Source: an uncultured Candidatus Entotheonella sp. | GTDB lineage: Bacteria; Tectomicrobia; Entotheonellia; Entotheonellales; Entotheonellaceae | Direction: 5' to 3' | Assembly: GCA_965215335.1 (NCBI GenBank) | Contig: CBDCDA010000001.1 | Span: forward strand, 1,792,001 to 1,856,000 | Length of the DNA stretch: 64,000 nt | Shown here: piece after piece, positions 9,713-20,625 of the stretch | How the letters are laid out: the number at the start of each line of letters is the position of its first letter | How positions within the stretch are numbered: the stretch's first letter is position 1 | Program-made: the position numbers and the translations under genes | The notes under the pieces: model-generated | The model's database searches: none | Seen by the model: only the letters and a program-made list of their open reading frames with translations | Told to the model about the DNA's origin: nothing

Positions 9713-10621
9713 ATGCGCAACCAAGCGAAAGCGTATGCGTACGGGCTGACCACCGTGCTGCTGTGGTCCACCGTGGCGTCGGCGTTCAAACTGTCTCTGC
9801 GGTACCTGGATCATTTCCAGCTCCTGCTGTATGCGTGTGCGGTTTCGATTCTGGTGCTCAGCGTCATCCTGATCGTGCAGGGCCGGTGGCGGCTGGTGCT
9901 GTCATGCTCGGGCAGGCAATACGGGCAGTCGCTGGCGCTGGGGGTGTTGAACCCGTTCCTGTATTACCTGGTTCTCTTCAAAGCCTACGATCTGCTGCCG
10001 GCGCAGGAGGCACAGCCACTGAACCATACCTGGTCGCTGACGCTGGCCTTTCTGTCCGTGCCACTGCTGGGGCAGCGCATCCGTGTTCGGGAACTGCTGG
10101 CCGGGCTGATCAGCTACAGCGGCGTGCTGGTCATTGCGGTCCGCGGCGACGTGTCCGGTCTGCGCTTCTCGGACCCCGTCGGCGTTGCCCTGGCGCTGGG
10201 CAGCACCTTCATCTGGGCGCTGTACTGGATTTACAACACCAGGGACGAACGTGACCCGGTGGCTGCGCTGTGGCTCAATTTCGTATTCGGATTTCCGTTC
10301 GTCCTTGCTGCCTGCTGGTTGTTTTCCGACCTGCGTGTTGCCGGCCTGCAGGGCCTGTTGGGTGCCGCGTACGTGGGACTGTTCGAGATGGGCGTCACCT
10401 TCGTGTGCTGGCTGATGGCGCTCCGGCTGGCAGCCAGCACCGCGCAAGTCGGCTACCTCATCTTCATCTCGCCGTTTCTGTCCCTGGTGTTCATCAACCT
10501 GCTCGTCGGCGAGGTCATTCGTCTCGCCACGCTGGCGGGCCTGGGGCTGATCGTTGCCGGCCTTGTCGTGCAGCATACGGCAAGGCTCCGACGCTTGACG
10601 CAAGGCAAGCAGGTTGGTTAG
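9713..10621 (+). CDS. DMT/EamA family transporter
   Basis: About 10 hydrophobic segments in two EamA repeats (LWSTVASAFK; LSPFLSLVFI). Start placed at MRNQAKAY. Confidence 0.85.
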   Translation: MRNQAKAYAYGLTTVLLWSTVASAFKLSLRYLDHFQLLLYACAVSILVLSVILIVQGRWRLVLSCSGRQYGQSLALGVLNPFLYYLVLFKAYDLLPAQEAQPLNHTWSLTLAFLSVPLLGQRIRVRELLAGLISYSGVLVIAVRGDVSGLRFSDPVGVALALGSTFIWALYWIYNTRDERDPVAALWLNFVFGFPFVLAACWLFSDLRVAGLQGLLGAAYVGLFEMGVTFVCWLMALRLAASTAQVGYLIFISPFLSLVFINLLVGEVIRLATLAGLGLIVAGLVVQHTARLRRLTQGKQVG

Positions 10622-10693
10622 AGTGCCTGCCTATACTCACCGGGGGTATCGCGCCGTTTCCGCCCCACTGCCTGACTTGAAGGAGCTTCATCC

Positions 10694-11944
10694 ATGTCCC
10701 TGCCTCTGCAAACGCCACCGGCCCTGGACGTCGAGGCCCTGCGGGGCGATTTTCCAATCCTCGGCCGCACCATCCACGGCCGCCCGCTGGTCTATCTCGA
10801 TAGTGCCTCCTCGTCCCAGAAACCGAAAACCGTCATCGACGCCGTCAGCCGTTACTACCAGGAATCCCACGCCAACATCCACCGTGGCGTTCATGTCTTG
10901 AGCGAAGAAGCCACCGTCGCCTATGAGCAGGCGCACGTGCGCGTTGCCGACTTCATCCATGCCGACTTCGACGAGATGATCTTCACCAAGAACACCACCG
11001 AGGCGCTCAACCTCGTGGCCTATGCCTGGGGGCTGCCCAGCCTGCAAGCCGGCGACGAAGTGGTCCTCACCCCGCTGGAGCATCACAGCAACCTGGTGCC
11101 CTGGCAGCAGGTTGCCAGGCGCGCCGGCGCCAAAATTCGCTACATTCGCCTGACCGCCGACGGCTGCCTGGACATGGGGCACGCCGCCGAGACCATCGGG
11201 CCGCGCACCAAGCTGGTCTCCGTCACCCAGGTATCGAACGTGCTGGGCACCGTCAATCCCGTCGCGGAACTCGGCCGCATGGCGCACGCCCACGGCGCCC
11301 TGCTCTGCGTCGACGGCGCCCAGAGCATCCCCCACATGGCCATCGACGTGCGCGCCATGGACTGCGACTTCTTCGCCTTTTCCGGCCACAAGATGCTCGG
11401 CCCCACCGGCATCGGTGGCCTCTATGGCAGGCGCCGCATCCTGGAAGAGCTGGAGCCGTTCCTGTTCGGCGGCGACATGATCAGCGAGGTTACCCTGGAA
11501 GGCGCAAGCTGGAACGAGCTGCCCTGGAAATTCGAGGCCGGCACGCCGCCCATCGCGCCGGGTATCGGCCTGGCGGCGGCGGTCGAATACCTGCAAGGCA
11601 TTGGCATGGAGGCGGTGCAGGCGCACGAGCACACCCTGACCCGCTACGCCCTGGAGCAATTGCGGCAGGTACGCGACCTGGACATCTACGGCCCTGATTC
11701 GGAAGCGGATCGCGGTGGCGTGATTTCTTTTAACCTCGACGGTTTGCATCCCCACGACGTCGCCTCGATTCTGGACCAACACGGCGTCGCCATTCGTGGC
11801 GGCCACCACTGCGCCATGCCGCTCATGCGTACCCTCGGGCTCAACAGCACCTGTCGGGCGAGCTTCTACGTCTACAACACCATCGAAGAGATCAACGTCC
11901 TCATCGAAGCCATCGGCGAGGCCAGGAGGTTGTTGCGGCGATGA
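10694..11944 (+). CDS. sufS: Cysteine desulfurase / selenocysteine lyase, SufS family
   Basis: LVYLDSASSSQKP, HANIHRG, SGHKMLGP (PLP lysine) and RGGHHCA (catalytic Cys). Confidence 0.93.
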   Translation: MSLPLQTPPALDVEALRGDFPILGRTIHGRPLVYLDSASSSQKPKTVIDAVSRYYQESHANIHRGVHVLSEEATVAYEQAHVRVADFIHADFDEMIFTKNTTEALNLVAYAWGLPSLQAGDEVVLTPLEHHSNLVPWQQVARRAGAKIRYIRLTADGCLDMGHAAETIGPRTKLVSVTQVSNVLGTVNPVAELGRMAHAHGALLCVDGAQSIPHMAIDVRAMDCDFFAFSGHKMLGPTGIGGLYGRRRILEELEPFLFGGDMISEVTLEGASWNELPWKFEAGTPPIAPGIGLAAAVEYLQGIGMEAVQAHEHTLTRYALEQLRQVRDLDIYGPDSEADRGGVISFNLDGLHPHDVASILDQHGVAIRGGHHCAMPLMRTLGLNSTCRASFYVYNTIEEINVLIEAIGEARRLLRR

Positions 11945-12345
11945 GTTTCAACATGTACCAGGAGAACATCCTGGACCATTACGAAAACCCCTACAACCGC
12001 GGCTCCCTGTCGCAACCCACCCTGGAATTTCGGGACCTCAACCCGTTGTGCGGCGACGAGGTCTGCATCCAGGCCAGCCTCGACGCGCAGGGCCGCCTGG
12101 AAAAGGTGTGCTTCGAGGGCGAGGGTTGCGTCATCAGCCTGGCCGCCGCTTCCATGCTGATGGAGGCCGTGGAGGGCAAGACGCTGGCAGAAGTCAAGGA
12201 GATGGACCGGCAGGACATGCTGGACCTGGTCGGCATTTCGCTCACTACCATGCGCGTCAAGTGCGCCATGCTGCCGCTGCGCGCCCTCGGCAAGGCGATC
12301 CACCAATACGAGACGCAGGGCGAGGAGAGCCCGTCAGGCGCCTGA
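11941..12345 (+). CDS. sufU: SufU/IscU-like Fe-S assembly protein
   Basis: MYQENILDHY, NPLCGD, GCVIS.AAAS and RVKCA; ATGA overlap with sufS. Confidence 0.88.
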   Translation: MSFNMYQENILDHYENPYNRGSLSQPTLEFRDLNPLCGDEVCIQASLDAQGRLEKVCFEGEGCVISLAAASMLMEAVEGKTLAEVKEMDRQDMLDLVGISLTTMRVKCAMLPLRALGKAIHQYETQGEESPSGA

Positions 12346-12434
12346 GCGATCGCCGCAACCCTGCAACTTTTACTGCAGCCCGACCCGGCGGAGACAGCCC
12401 AGGCACGCAGCGTGCCTGGGCTGCACGGCTCCCG

Positions 12435-12866
12435 CTACGCGGGTGACATCTCCTCGGGTACCACGTCGCGGATGTGCTGGGCAAAATGCCAGCGGTGCCC
12501 TTCCAGATCTGCCACCTCGTAACGGCGGTCGCCGTAGAACTGGTCCTCGGGCGCGGCGAGGATGGCAGCGCCGGCCTGCCTGGCCTGCTCGCAGTGCCTG
12601 TCTACGTCGTCTACATAGACATACAGGTACTGGGTCACACGGCCAAGCCGTTTGGGATTGTGAAAATCCGCGCCGGGGTTCCCCATCATGATGACACCGT
12701 CGGCCAGTTCCATTTCCGCATGCACGACTTTTCCTTCCGGTCCCGGCAACCGCAGGCGTTCGTGAAAGCCAAAGGCCCTGGCAAGCCAGTCGAGAGCTCC
12801 GGCAACGTCTTCGTAGAGAAGATACGGGCTGATCCGGGGCATATTGTCCGGGGGGTTCTTGATCAT
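12435..12866 (-). CDS. VOC/glyoxalase family protein
   Basis: ISPYL.YED...ALDWL..AFGF, HAEM and DQFYGDRRY..DLEGH.W motifs. Confidence 0.85.
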   Translation of the reverse strand: MIKNPPDNMPRISPYLLYEDVAGALDWLARAFGFHERLRLPGPEGKVVHAEMELADGVIMMGNPGADFHNPKRLGRVTQYLYVYVDDVDRHCEQARQAGAAILAAPEDQFYGDRRYEVADLEGHRWHFAQHIRDVVPEEMSPA

Positions 12867-13005
12867 GGTTGTCTCTCCTCTGGCGCCATTGCGCGTTCGC
12901 GTCATCTTCCAAACACATTCAGGACGACATGACGCTCATGATACTGCACAAATGAGCATAATACAAATAAGTACATATAAAAACGGCCCGGGCGCCGCGT
13001 AGCAA

Positions 13006-14601
13006 TCAGCCTGTACGCTCACCGCTGGAATGGGCGTGGTCGAGTCGCCGCGCCATGAGCCACAGCATCGGCAGCGCCGAGATCAAGAAACACACGCACA
13101 CGAAAAGAAAGCTGTCGCGGAAGCCGGCCGCAATCGCCTCCGTGTCGAGTCGCCGCTGGATAGCGCGCAGTGCCATGCGGTGGGTCGCCGAGCCCTCGAT
13201 GCCCTCCTGCATCAGGGTGTTCTCCAGCCGACTCAGCGTTGTCTGGTGGTCCGGCGCGCCGATGTCGTAGGTGTTGTACCCCCAAAGCTGATACCGCGCC
13301 CGCCGCTGTTCGAAAAACACGCTGGTCACGGTTACGCCCAGCGAGGCGCCGATGTTGCGAATCACCCCCAGCAGACCCTGGCCCATGCGCACCTGGCGCG
13401 TGCCGAGGATACGGACGTTGAGGGCCGTGACCGGCGTGGAAATGCACAGCATGCAGATGCGGTAGAGCATGATGTAAACGACCAATACGCCTACCGTGGT
13501 CAGCGCTGTCAGCGAGGAAAATGCGTAGAAGACGCTGGTGAGTGCCACCAGGCCGCCGAGCACCAGAAGCGACGGCGAAACCGCGTCGGTGAGCCGCCCG
13601 ATGAGGACGCCCGTCATGGCCGACACCGCAAGGGCCGGCACGATGGCCAGCCCGGCCTGCAGCGGCGTCATGCCGATCACCTGCTGCAAAAAGATCGGCA
13701 CCATGAACTGGGCGCCGAACAGCCCCAGGCTGTTAAAAAACGCCGTGGCGCAGATGAGGCCGAAGGCGGGCCGCTTGAACAGCCGCAGGTTGACCGCCGG
13801 GAAGGCCGCCAGCAGCTCGCGCAGCACGAAGCATCCACCGCCCAGCAGGGCTCCCGCCCCCAGCAAGACGAGCATGGACGTCTCTACATCCGCCCGGCGT
13901 CCCAGACTGATCAGCAGCAGCAGGGGAACCAGAAAGCCCCCGAGACTCACCAAGCCGGGGTAATCCACCGGTTCGCCCCGGGACTCCCGCTGCTGCGGCA
14001 GCATCAGCCAGCCCAGCACCGCCGCCAGCACGCCGGTGGGGATGCCCAGCAGAAACAAAACGCGCCACGAAAACTGCTCCATCAGGTAGCCGCCGGCGGT
14101 GAACGAAATGATCTGCCCGGCCGACCAGCCGATCGAACGCAGCCCCAGCGCCGTTCCCCGCTGCCGTGCCGGGAATGTCTGCACCAGGATGACCGCGGTC
14201 AGCCCCTCCATCGGTCCGGCGGCGCAGCCCTGGAGCAGCCGGCAGACGATGAGGAGCGGCAAATTCGGCGCAACGCTGCAACCCAGGCTGGCGATGACGA
14301 ACGTCACCAGCATGGCCACGAACAGGTTGCGGTTGCCCATCACGCTGCCGAGCCAGCCGAGGACCGGAGTGACCAGGGTGCGGGTAATCAGGAAGCTGGT
14401 GGTGACCCATTGGGCGGTGGCCAGGTCGGTGCCGAAGGCGGCCATGAGGCGGGGAATGGCGAGGTTGACGCTGTTGCCGGCGAATGTTTGCGTACCGCCG
14501 GCCAGCAAAACGATGCCGGCCACCAGCCACTTGTAGGAGGGCGACCGCGTGTCGAGCCCCATGACCGTAGACTGTGGCGCGGGTTGGGCACTCTCAGCCA
14601 T
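13006..14601 (-). CDS. DHA2 (EmrB/QacA) MFS efflux permease
   Basis: About 14 TM segments; VNLAIP.LM..F, WVTTSF, PVDYPG, NLRLF and RNIGASLG motifs. Confidence 0.88.
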   Translation of the reverse strand: MAESAQPAPQSTVMGLDTRSPSYKWLVAGIVLLAGGTQTFAGNSVNLAIPRLMAAFGTDLATAQWVTTSFLITRTLVTPVLGWLGSVMGNRNLFVAMLVTFVIASLGCSVAPNLPLLIVCRLLQGCAAGPMEGLTAVILVQTFPARQRGTALGLRSIGWSAGQIISFTAGGYLMEQFSWRVLFLLGIPTGVLAAVLGWLMLPQQRESRGEPVDYPGLVSLGGFLVPLLLLISLGRRADVETSMLVLLGAGALLGGGCFVLRELLAAFPAVNLRLFKRPAFGLICATAFFNSLGLFGAQFMVPIFLQQVIGMTPLQAGLAIVPALAVSAMTGVLIGRLTDAVSPSLLVLGGLVALTSVFYAFSSLTALTTVGVLVVYIMLYRICMLCISTPVTALNVRILGTRQVRMGQGLLGVIRNIGASLGVTVTSVFFEQRRARYQLWGYNTYDIGAPDHQTTLSRLENTLMQEGIEGSATHRMALRAIQRRLDTEAIAAGFRDSFLFVCVCFLISALPMLWLMARRLDHAHSSGERTG

Positions 14602-14631
14602 CGGGTTCCCTGGTCGCGGTCTGGATGGCGG

Positions 14632-15408
14632 TCACGTTCCCAGAATATGATAGCCGCCATCGACGAAATGCACCGTGCCGGTCACACCGCTGGCGAGATC
14701 GCTGCACAGGTAGAGGGCCGCCTTGCCCACTTCCGCCGCGGTGACGTTGCGGCGCAGGGGCGACTTTTCGGCGTGTTGCCTGAGCATGCCGGCAAAGCCG
14801 CTGATGGCCCGCGCCGAGGCGGTGCGCACCGGTCCTGCGGAAATGGCGTTGACGCGGATGCCCAGCGGTCCCAGGTCGTTCGCCAGGTAGCGCACGCTGT
14901 TTTCCAGGGCGGCCTTTGCCAGCGCCATGACGTTGTAGTTGGGCACCACGCGCTCGCTGGCCATGTAGGTGAGGGTGAGGATGCTGCTGTCGCCGGCCGG
15001 CATCAGCGGCGCGGCGCGCTGCGCCGCGCTGACCAGCGAGTAGGCGCTGACGTCCAGGGCGGTGTGAAAGCCACCACGCGAAATGTTGCGAAACGCCCCT
15101 TGCAGATCGCCACGCTCGGCGAAGGCAATACAGTGAATCAGGTAGTTGAGGTTGCCGAATTCGTTCTTGAGGCGTTCGAACACCGCCTCGACCTGTGCGT
15201 CGTCGGTCAGCTCGCACGCCAGCGGCAGCACGCCCGGCCAGTCGCCGGTGAGTTTCAGCACCTCGTCGGCAACCCGCTCGTTCTGGTACGTGACCGCCAG
15301 TCGCACACCGTGCGCCTGCAGCAGCGAGCCAATGGCGTAGGCAATGGACCACCGGTTGGCAATACCCAGCACCAAGGCTGTCTTGCCGCTCAGGTCGAGA
15401 ACATTCAT
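14632..15408 (-). CDS. fabI: Enoyl-ACP reductase FabI
   Basis: GIANRWSIA, HCIAFA, YNVMALAKAALE and RVNAISAGP motifs. Start at MNVLDLSGK. Confidence 0.92.
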   Translation of the reverse strand: MNVLDLSGKTALVLGIANRWSIAYAIGSLLQAHGVRLAVTYQNERVADEVLKLTGDWPGVLPLACELTDDAQVEAVFERLKNEFGNLNYLIHCIAFAERGDLQGAFRNISRGGFHTALDVSAYSLVSAAQRAAPLMPAGDSSILTLTYMASERVVPNYNVMALAKAALENSVRYLANDLGPLGIRVNAISAGPVRTASARAISGFAGMLRQHAEKSPLRRNVTAAEVGKAALYLCSDLASGVTGTVHFVDGGYHILGT

Positions 15409-15592
15409 GGGGAATTTTCCTTGCGTGGCGGATGGCGAAAAGCAGGCTGTCGAAGTGACTATAGAGAGGAAGCTGTTGCAGGTCAACCACTGGCGCGCCG
15501 CCGTGTACTTGGCCGGGTACATCTGGTATACTGTCTTGTCCGAAATGCCGATAAACAACGGCTCTTCCCGCCCGACAGGAATCGGTGGATCC

Positions 15593-16318
15593 ATGCCAGC
15601 AAACCCTTACAACCAACCCATCAAGGACTGGCCGGAGGACGAACGCCCCCGCGAACGCCTGCTGCAATTCGGCGAGGCCAGTCTCTCCGAAGCCCAGCTC
15701 CTGGCCATCGTGCTGCGCACCGGCGATCCGGCCGGCAAGGCCAGCGCCGTCGACGTGGCGCGCGGTCTGCTCGACTTGTTCGACAACGATCTCTCGGCCA
15801 TGAGCAACGCCACGGTTGCCGAGTTGAGTCAGGCGGCAGGCGTCGGACCCGCCAAGGCATGCGAGATCAAAGCCGCCTTCGAGCTCGGCCGCCGCCGCCT
15901 GGAAAAGGCGGACGGCCCCTTGCAGCGCAAGCAGTTTCGCTGCAGCGAGGACGTAGCCAATTTCTACATGCCCAGATTCGCCGACAAGAAACGCGAGCAG
16001 TTTCAGGTCCTCATGCTGGACCGCAAGAACCGCTTCATGCGGGACGTGATGGTCTCGCAGGGATCACTCGACGCCAGCGTGGTGCACCCGCGCGAGGTGT
16101 TCAACACCGCCATCCGGGATTCCGCTGCCGCTATTATCTGCGTGCACAACCATCCCAGCGGCGACCCGCAGCCCAGCCCGGAGGACCGCGTCTTGACCCG
16201 GCGCCTGCTGGAAGCTGGTGAGACGATCGGCATCCCCGTGCTGGACCATATTGTTGTCGGGCGCAATTGCTACGTGAGTTTCAAGGACGAGGGGTGGCTG
16301 ACGAGTGGAGGCGGATAA
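15593..16318 (+). CDS. radC: RadC family protein (JAB domain)
   Basis: [28 protein letters not shown] and LDHIVVG. Confidence 0.92.
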   Translation: MPANPYNQPIKDWPEDERPRERLLQFGEASLSEAQLLAIVLRTGDPAGKASAVDVARGLLDLFDNDLSAMSNATVAELSQAAGVGPAKACEIKAAFELGRRRLEKADGPLQRKQFRCSEDVANFYMPRFADKKREQFQVLMLDRKNRFMRDVMVSQGSLDASVVHPREVFNTAIRDSAAAIICVHNHPSGDPQPSPEDRVLTRRLLEAGETIGIPVLDHIVVGRNCYVSFKDEGWLTSGGG

Positions 16319-17717
16319 GCTCCACGACGAATGTGCCGTCGTCGGTGTGTACGGCCCGGCCGAGGCCGCCAAGCTGACCTATCTGGGGCTCTACGCGCTG
16401 CAGCACCGCGGGCAGGAGAGCACCGGCATCGTCGCCTCGGACGGCGAGACCATGCAGGCCGAAGTGGGCATGGGGCGCGTCAACGACGTGTTTACCGAAG
16501 ACCGCCTGGCGCGCCTGCCAGGACGCCTGGCGATTGGCCACAACCGGTACGCCACCACCGGTGTATCCAACCTGCGCAACGCCCAGCCGCTGTTCGTCGA
16601 TTACGCCCGCGGCTCGCTGGCCATCGCCCACAACGGCAACCTCGTCAACGCTGTCCGCATGCGCACCAGGCTGGAGGCTGAGGGCTCCATCTTCCGCTCC
16701 ACCAGCGACACCGAGGTCATCCTGCACCTCATGGCGCGCTCGCACGCCGGACACCTGCTGGATAGCGCCGTCGAGGCGCTGCAGCAGGTCCAGGGCGCCT
16801 ATTCGCTGCTGGTGATGAATCCCCACGAAATCATTGCGGTGCGCGACCCGCACGGCTTCCGGCCCCTGTGCCTCGGGCGGCTGCAGGACGGCCATGTGGT
16901 GGCGTCGGAGACCTGCGCCCTCGACCTCATCGAGGCGACGTACGTGCGCGACGTGCAGCCGGGCGAACTGGTGCGCATCTCGCAGGACGGCGTGCAGTCC
17001 TACTTTCCATTCCCCACCCGGCCGTCCCAGCCTTGCGTCTTCGAGCTCATCTACTTTGCCCGCCCCGACAGCCAGGTATTCGGGCTCAACGTCTACCTCA
17101 CCCGTAAGGCGTTCGGCCGCCAACTGGCCCGCGAAGCGCCGGTCGACGCCGACGTGGTGGTCCCGGTGCCCGATTCCGGCGTGCCCGCGGCGCTCGGTTA
17201 CGCCGAGGAGACGGGCATCCCGTTTGATACCGGCCTCATCCGCAACCACTACGTGGGCCGCACGTTCATCGAGCCACAGCAGTCCATCCGGCACTTCGGC
17301 GTCAAGATCAAGCTCAATACCATCCACGGCCTGCTGGAAGACAAGCGCGTCGTCATCGTCGACGATTCGATCGTGCGCGGCACCACCAGCAAGAAGCTCG
17401 TGCACATGCTCCGACAGGCAGGCGCGAAGGAGGTGCACATGCGCATCAGCTCGCCGCCCATCACGCATCCGTGCCTCTACGGCATCGACACGCCAACGCA
17501 CGAGGAACTGATCGCCTCATCTTACTCGGTCGAGCATATCTGCGGCTATTTCCAGGCCGACAGCCTGGCCTATCTCAGCCATGAAGGCATGATGGACGTG
17601 GCGCGCCAGCAGGAGCGGGGCTATTGCAGCGCCTGCTTCACGGGCCGGTATCCCGTGCATACGCCGTGGCGGGACGACCTGCATCAGCCAGATCTATTCG
17701 ACAAGCAGGGATTCTGA
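16305..17717 (+). CDS. purF: Amidophosphoribosyltransferase
   Basis: Propeptide before C(AVVG); [25 protein letters not shown]; Fe-S cysteines (CLYG, CSAC). Confidence 0.95.
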   Translation: MEADKLHDECAVVGVYGPAEAAKLTYLGLYALQHRGQESTGIVASDGETMQAEVGMGRVNDVFTEDRLARLPGRLAIGHNRYATTGVSNLRNAQPLFVDYARGSLAIAHNGNLVNAVRMRTRLEAEGSIFRSTSDTEVILHLMARSHAGHLLDSAVEALQQVQGAYSLLVMNPHEIIAVRDPHGFRPLCLGRLQDGHVVASETCALDLIEATYVRDVQPGELVRISQDGVQSYFPFPTRPSQPCVFELIYFARPDSQVFGLNVYLTRKAFGRQLAREAPVDADVVVPVPDSGVPAALGYAEETGIPFDTGLIRNHYVGRTFIEPQQSIRHFGVKIKLNTIHGLLEDKRVVIVDDSIVRGTTSKKLVHMLRQAGAKEVHMRISSPPITHPCLYGIDTPTHEELIASSYSVEHICGYFQADSLAYLSHEGMMDVARQQERGYCSACFTGRYPVHTPWRDDLHQPDLFDKQGF

Positions 17718-18092
17718 TGCTGGGGGTGGGTTGGCGGCAGGCGGTTCTGGGACGGCAAGCCGGTCGGCATGTCCCCACAAGCGTTCGAGGCCATAGAACT
17801 CTCGGGTATCGGGATCGAAAATGTGTACGACCAGATCTACGTAGTCGATCAGAATCCACGAGCCGGTTTGATACCCTTCCATGGCCCGCGGCTTCTCCCC
17901 GTTCTTCCCCAGTTGTTCCTCCACCGCGTCCGCGATGGCCTTGACCTGGCGGCCGGACCTCCCTTGGCAGATGACGAAACGGTCGGCGACGGACGAGTGC
18001 GGCGTCATGTCGAACACAACGATGTCGTCGGCCTGCCGGCTGTTGGCCGCCAGAACACAAATGCGGGTTCGTTCGTCCAGCGACAGGGCCAT
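17694..18092 (-). CDS. rsfS: Ribosome silencing factor RsfS
   Basis: [29 protein letters not shown] and R.FY.LERLW. Confidence 0.92.
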   Translation of the reverse strand: MALSLDERTRICVLAANSRQADDIVVFDMTPHSSVADRFVICQGRSGRQVKAIADAVEEQLGKNGEKPRAMEGYQTGSWILIDYVDLVVHIFDPDTREFYGLERLWGHADRLAVPEPPAANPPPASESLLVE

Positions 18093-18101
18093 GCCGCCTC
18101 C

Positions 18102-19238
18102 TTATAGCAGTACCAGGTTGTCCCGGTGGATCACTTCGTCGTACGCCTTGGCGCCCAGGATGGGCTCGATGCGCGAGGTATGCTGGCCACGAATCGCCTG
18201 CAACTCGGCGGCGCTGTAATTCACCAGCCCTTGGGCGAACCGGTGCGCGTTGGTGTCAACGCAATAAACGGCGTCACCAAAGAAGAAGGCGCCAGAGACG
18301 GCGACGATTCCCGACGGCAGCAGGCTGCGGCCCTGGGTGGTGAGCGCCCGCTTGGCGCCGTCGTCCACGCAGATTTCGCCGCGCGCCTTCAGCGCGTAGC
18401 CGATCCAGCGTTTGCGGCTCGACAGGCGCGGCGTTCCCGGCGGCACGAGGTGGGTGCCGACGGCCTCCCCGGCCAGTACGCGCAGCACACTGTCAGGCTC
18501 GAAGCCGTTGGCGATGTGGGTGTGAATGCCGGTGGCCCCGGCCATCCTGGCGGCGCGGACCTTGGTGACCATGCCGCCCTTGCCGGTGGCGTGCGTGGCG
18601 GGGCTGGCCAGTGGCTCGATGCTGTCGATGTCCTCGACCCGCGGAATGAGCCTGGCCTCGGGGTGCAGTGCGGGGTCGGCGGTGTACAGGCCGTCGACGC
18701 TCGTCAGGATGATCAGGCGGTCGGCGTCCACGAGGTTGCACACCATGGCGGCCAGTACGTCGTTGTCGCCGAAGCGGATTTCATCCACCGACACGGTGTC
18801 GTTTTCGTTGATCACCGGAACGACGCCGTACTGTAGCAGCACGAACAGCGTGTTGCGGGCGTTGAGATAGCGTCTGCGCACGCGCAGGTCGTCGTGCGTC
18901 AGCAACACCTGCGCGGCCTTCTTGCCGAAGTCGGCGAACAGGTCTTGGTAGATGCGGACCAGGTGGCCCTGGCCGATCGCCGCGGCAGCCTGCTGGTGCG
19001 TGATCGCCTTGGGAATGCTCGCCTGCCCCAGCACCTGGATGCCGAGCGCAATGGCCCCCGATGACACCAGGATGACCTCGCGGCCCGCGTCGCGCAGGCT
19101 GACGATCTGCTTGACGATGTGCCGCACCACGTCGTCGCGCAGCCCGCCGCCGGGGTCGCGCAGCAGGCCGCTGCCCATTTTGACCACCAGGCGTTCGCCG
19201 TTTGCCATCTGGAGTTTCTCTCCGCAGCGTTGGTTCAT
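18102..19238 (-). CDS. proB: Glutamate 5-kinase with PUA domain
   Basis: VVKMGS, VSSGAI, INENDTV, GDND, GGMVTK and EVIHRDNL; ATGA overlap with obg. Confidence 0.95.
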   Translation of the reverse strand: MNQRCGEKLQMANGERLVVKMGSGLLRDPGGGLRDDVVRHIVKQIVSLRDAGREVILVSSGAIALGIQVLGQASIPKAITHQQAAAAIGQGHLVRIYQDLFADFGKKAAQVLLTHDDLRVRRRYLNARNTLFVLLQYGVVPVINENDTVSVDEIRFGDNDVLAAMVCNLVDADRLIILTSVDGLYTADPALHPEARLIPRVEDIDSIEPLASPATHATGKGGMVTKVRAARMAGATGIHTHIANGFEPDSVLRVLAGEAVGTHLVPPGTPRLSSRKRWIGYALKARGEICVDDGAKRALTTQGRSLLPSGIVAVSGAFFFGDAVYCVDTNAHRFAQGLVNYSAAELQAIRGQHTSRIEPILGAKAYDEVIHRDNLVLL

Positions 19239-20236
19239 GTCGCCTTCAGTTGAAGTGCCAATCGCTGTACCAGCGTGTCCAGACCGGCGCCGGTAACAGC
19301 CGAAATCGGCACCACCTCCAGGCCCTGGACAGCGAACAGCCGCTGTAGGTCCGGCAGGCGCTGCTGCGCCTCCGGCAGGTCCATCTTCGACGCCACGACG
19401 ATCTGCGGGCGCTGGGCCAAGTCCGGTCTGAAACAGGCCAGTTCGTGATTAATCGCCGTGAAATCCGACCACGGCGTTCTGCCGTCCTCTTGCGTGCCCA
19501 GGTCAAGCAAGTGCACCAGCACACGGCTGCGGTCGATGTGTCTGAGAAATCCGAGGCCCAGCCCCTTGCCCTTGTGGGCGCCGGGGACCAGGCCGGGGAT
19601 GTCCGCCATCACGCACGACGCATAATCGGGCAGGGCCACCACGCCGAGATTGGGCGCCAAGGTGGTGAACGGGTAGGGAGCGATTTTGGGGGTGGCGGCC
19701 GACAGGCGGGAGATCAGGGTTGATTTGCCGGCGTTGGGAAAGCCGAGCAGTCCGACGTCAGCCAGCAGCTTCAGCTCGACGCGCAGCCAGCGCGACTCGC
19801 CCAACGTGCCTTGGGTGGTTTGCCGCGGCGCCCGGTTCGTCGAGGTGGCGAAGCTGGCGTTGCCGCGTCCGCCTCTGCCGCCGTGCGCCGCAATGAAGCG
19901 GTCGCCCTGCGACTGGAAATCCCACAGCACCACCTCGCTTTCCGCATCGCGGCAGATGGTGCCGAGAGGAACGCGTATGACACAGTCGTCGCCGCGCCGG
20001 CCGTGCATGTCCTTGCCCTTGCCGTGCCGACCTCGCGCCGCCATGTTGCAGGTCCGATAGCGCAAATCCAGAAGAGTGTGCAGCGCCGTCTCGCCCTGCA
20101 TGATGACGTGACCGCCGTCGCCGCCGTCGCCGCCGTCTGGCCCGCCGCGCGGCACGAACTTCTCACGGCGGAAACTCATGCAGCCGTTTCCACCCTTGCC
20201 GCCACGCACGAGAATTTTGGCTTCGTCAACGAACAT
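19235..20236 (-). CDS. obg: GTPase Obg
   Basis: MFVDEAKI.V.GG.GG.G..SFRREK, GFPNAGKST, FTTLAPNLG and DIPGL. True start at 20236, inside the longer ORF. Confidence 0.95.
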   Translation of the reverse strand: MFVDEAKILVRGGKGGNGCMSFRREKFVPRGGPDGGDGGDGGHVIMQGETALHTLLDLRYRTCNMAARGRHGKGKDMHGRRGDDCVIRVPLGTICRDAESEVVLWDFQSQGDRFIAAHGGRGGRGNASFATSTNRAPRQTTQGTLGESRWLRVELKLLADVGLLGFPNAGKSTLISRLSAATPKIAPYPFTTLAPNLGVVALPDYASCVMADIPGLVPGAHKGKGLGLGFLRHIDRSRVLVHLLDLGTQEDGRTPWSDFTAINHELACFRPDLAQRPQIVVASKMDLPEAQQRLPDLQRLFAVQGLEVVPISAVTGAGLDTLVQRLALQLKAT

Positions 20237-20343
20237 GAACCGTCGGCATCCTCGTCTTGCAAGGGGCTTGCAGAAAGGCCCCCGCCGGGCCGGGAGAGCA
20301 CCAGCCGGAACGACTGGACGGCGGTGAAGAGTGGAAGGGGAAG

Positions 20344-20601
20344 TTAAGATGCCGCCTGCACGTGGATGCGGCGGTTCTTCTTGCCTTTGTTGGTGAACTC
20401 GACGACACCGTCGATCTTGGCGAAGAGGGTGTAATCGCTGCCTACGCCGACGTTGATACCGGGCTTGAAGGTGGTGCCGCGCTGCCGCACCAGGATACTG
20501 CCAGCCGTCACCGTCTGGCCGGCGAAACGCTTGACGCCCAAGCGCTTGCCGATGCTGTCGCGTCCGTTCGTCGAACTGCCCTGCCCTTTCTTGTGTGCCA
20601 T
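20344..20601 (-). CDS. rpmA: 50S ribosomal protein L27
   Basis: [22 protein letters not shown]. Confidence 0.97.
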   Translation of the reverse strand: MAHKKGQGSSTNGRDSIGKRLGVKRFAGQTVTAGSILVRQRGTTFKPGINVGVGSDYTLFAKIDGVVEFTNKGKKNRRIHVQAAS

Positions 20602-20625
20602 GATTGCGGACTCCTGTGTGACGCC

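Noticed and set aside
12934..12957. GCTCAT-N12-ATGAGC inverted repeat in an AT-rich stretch upstream of the VOC gene
   Set aside because: Could be an operator, but the arms are only 6 bp and no regulator is adjacent.
13030..16221. 1063-aa plus-strand ORF
   Set aside because: Shadow of the MFS and fabI genes and out of frame over radC; no recognisable motifs; typical of high-GC DNA.
15593..16318. radC as a marker of a mobile element
   Set aside because: Full-length chromosomal type overlapping purF, with no integrase or att site nearby.
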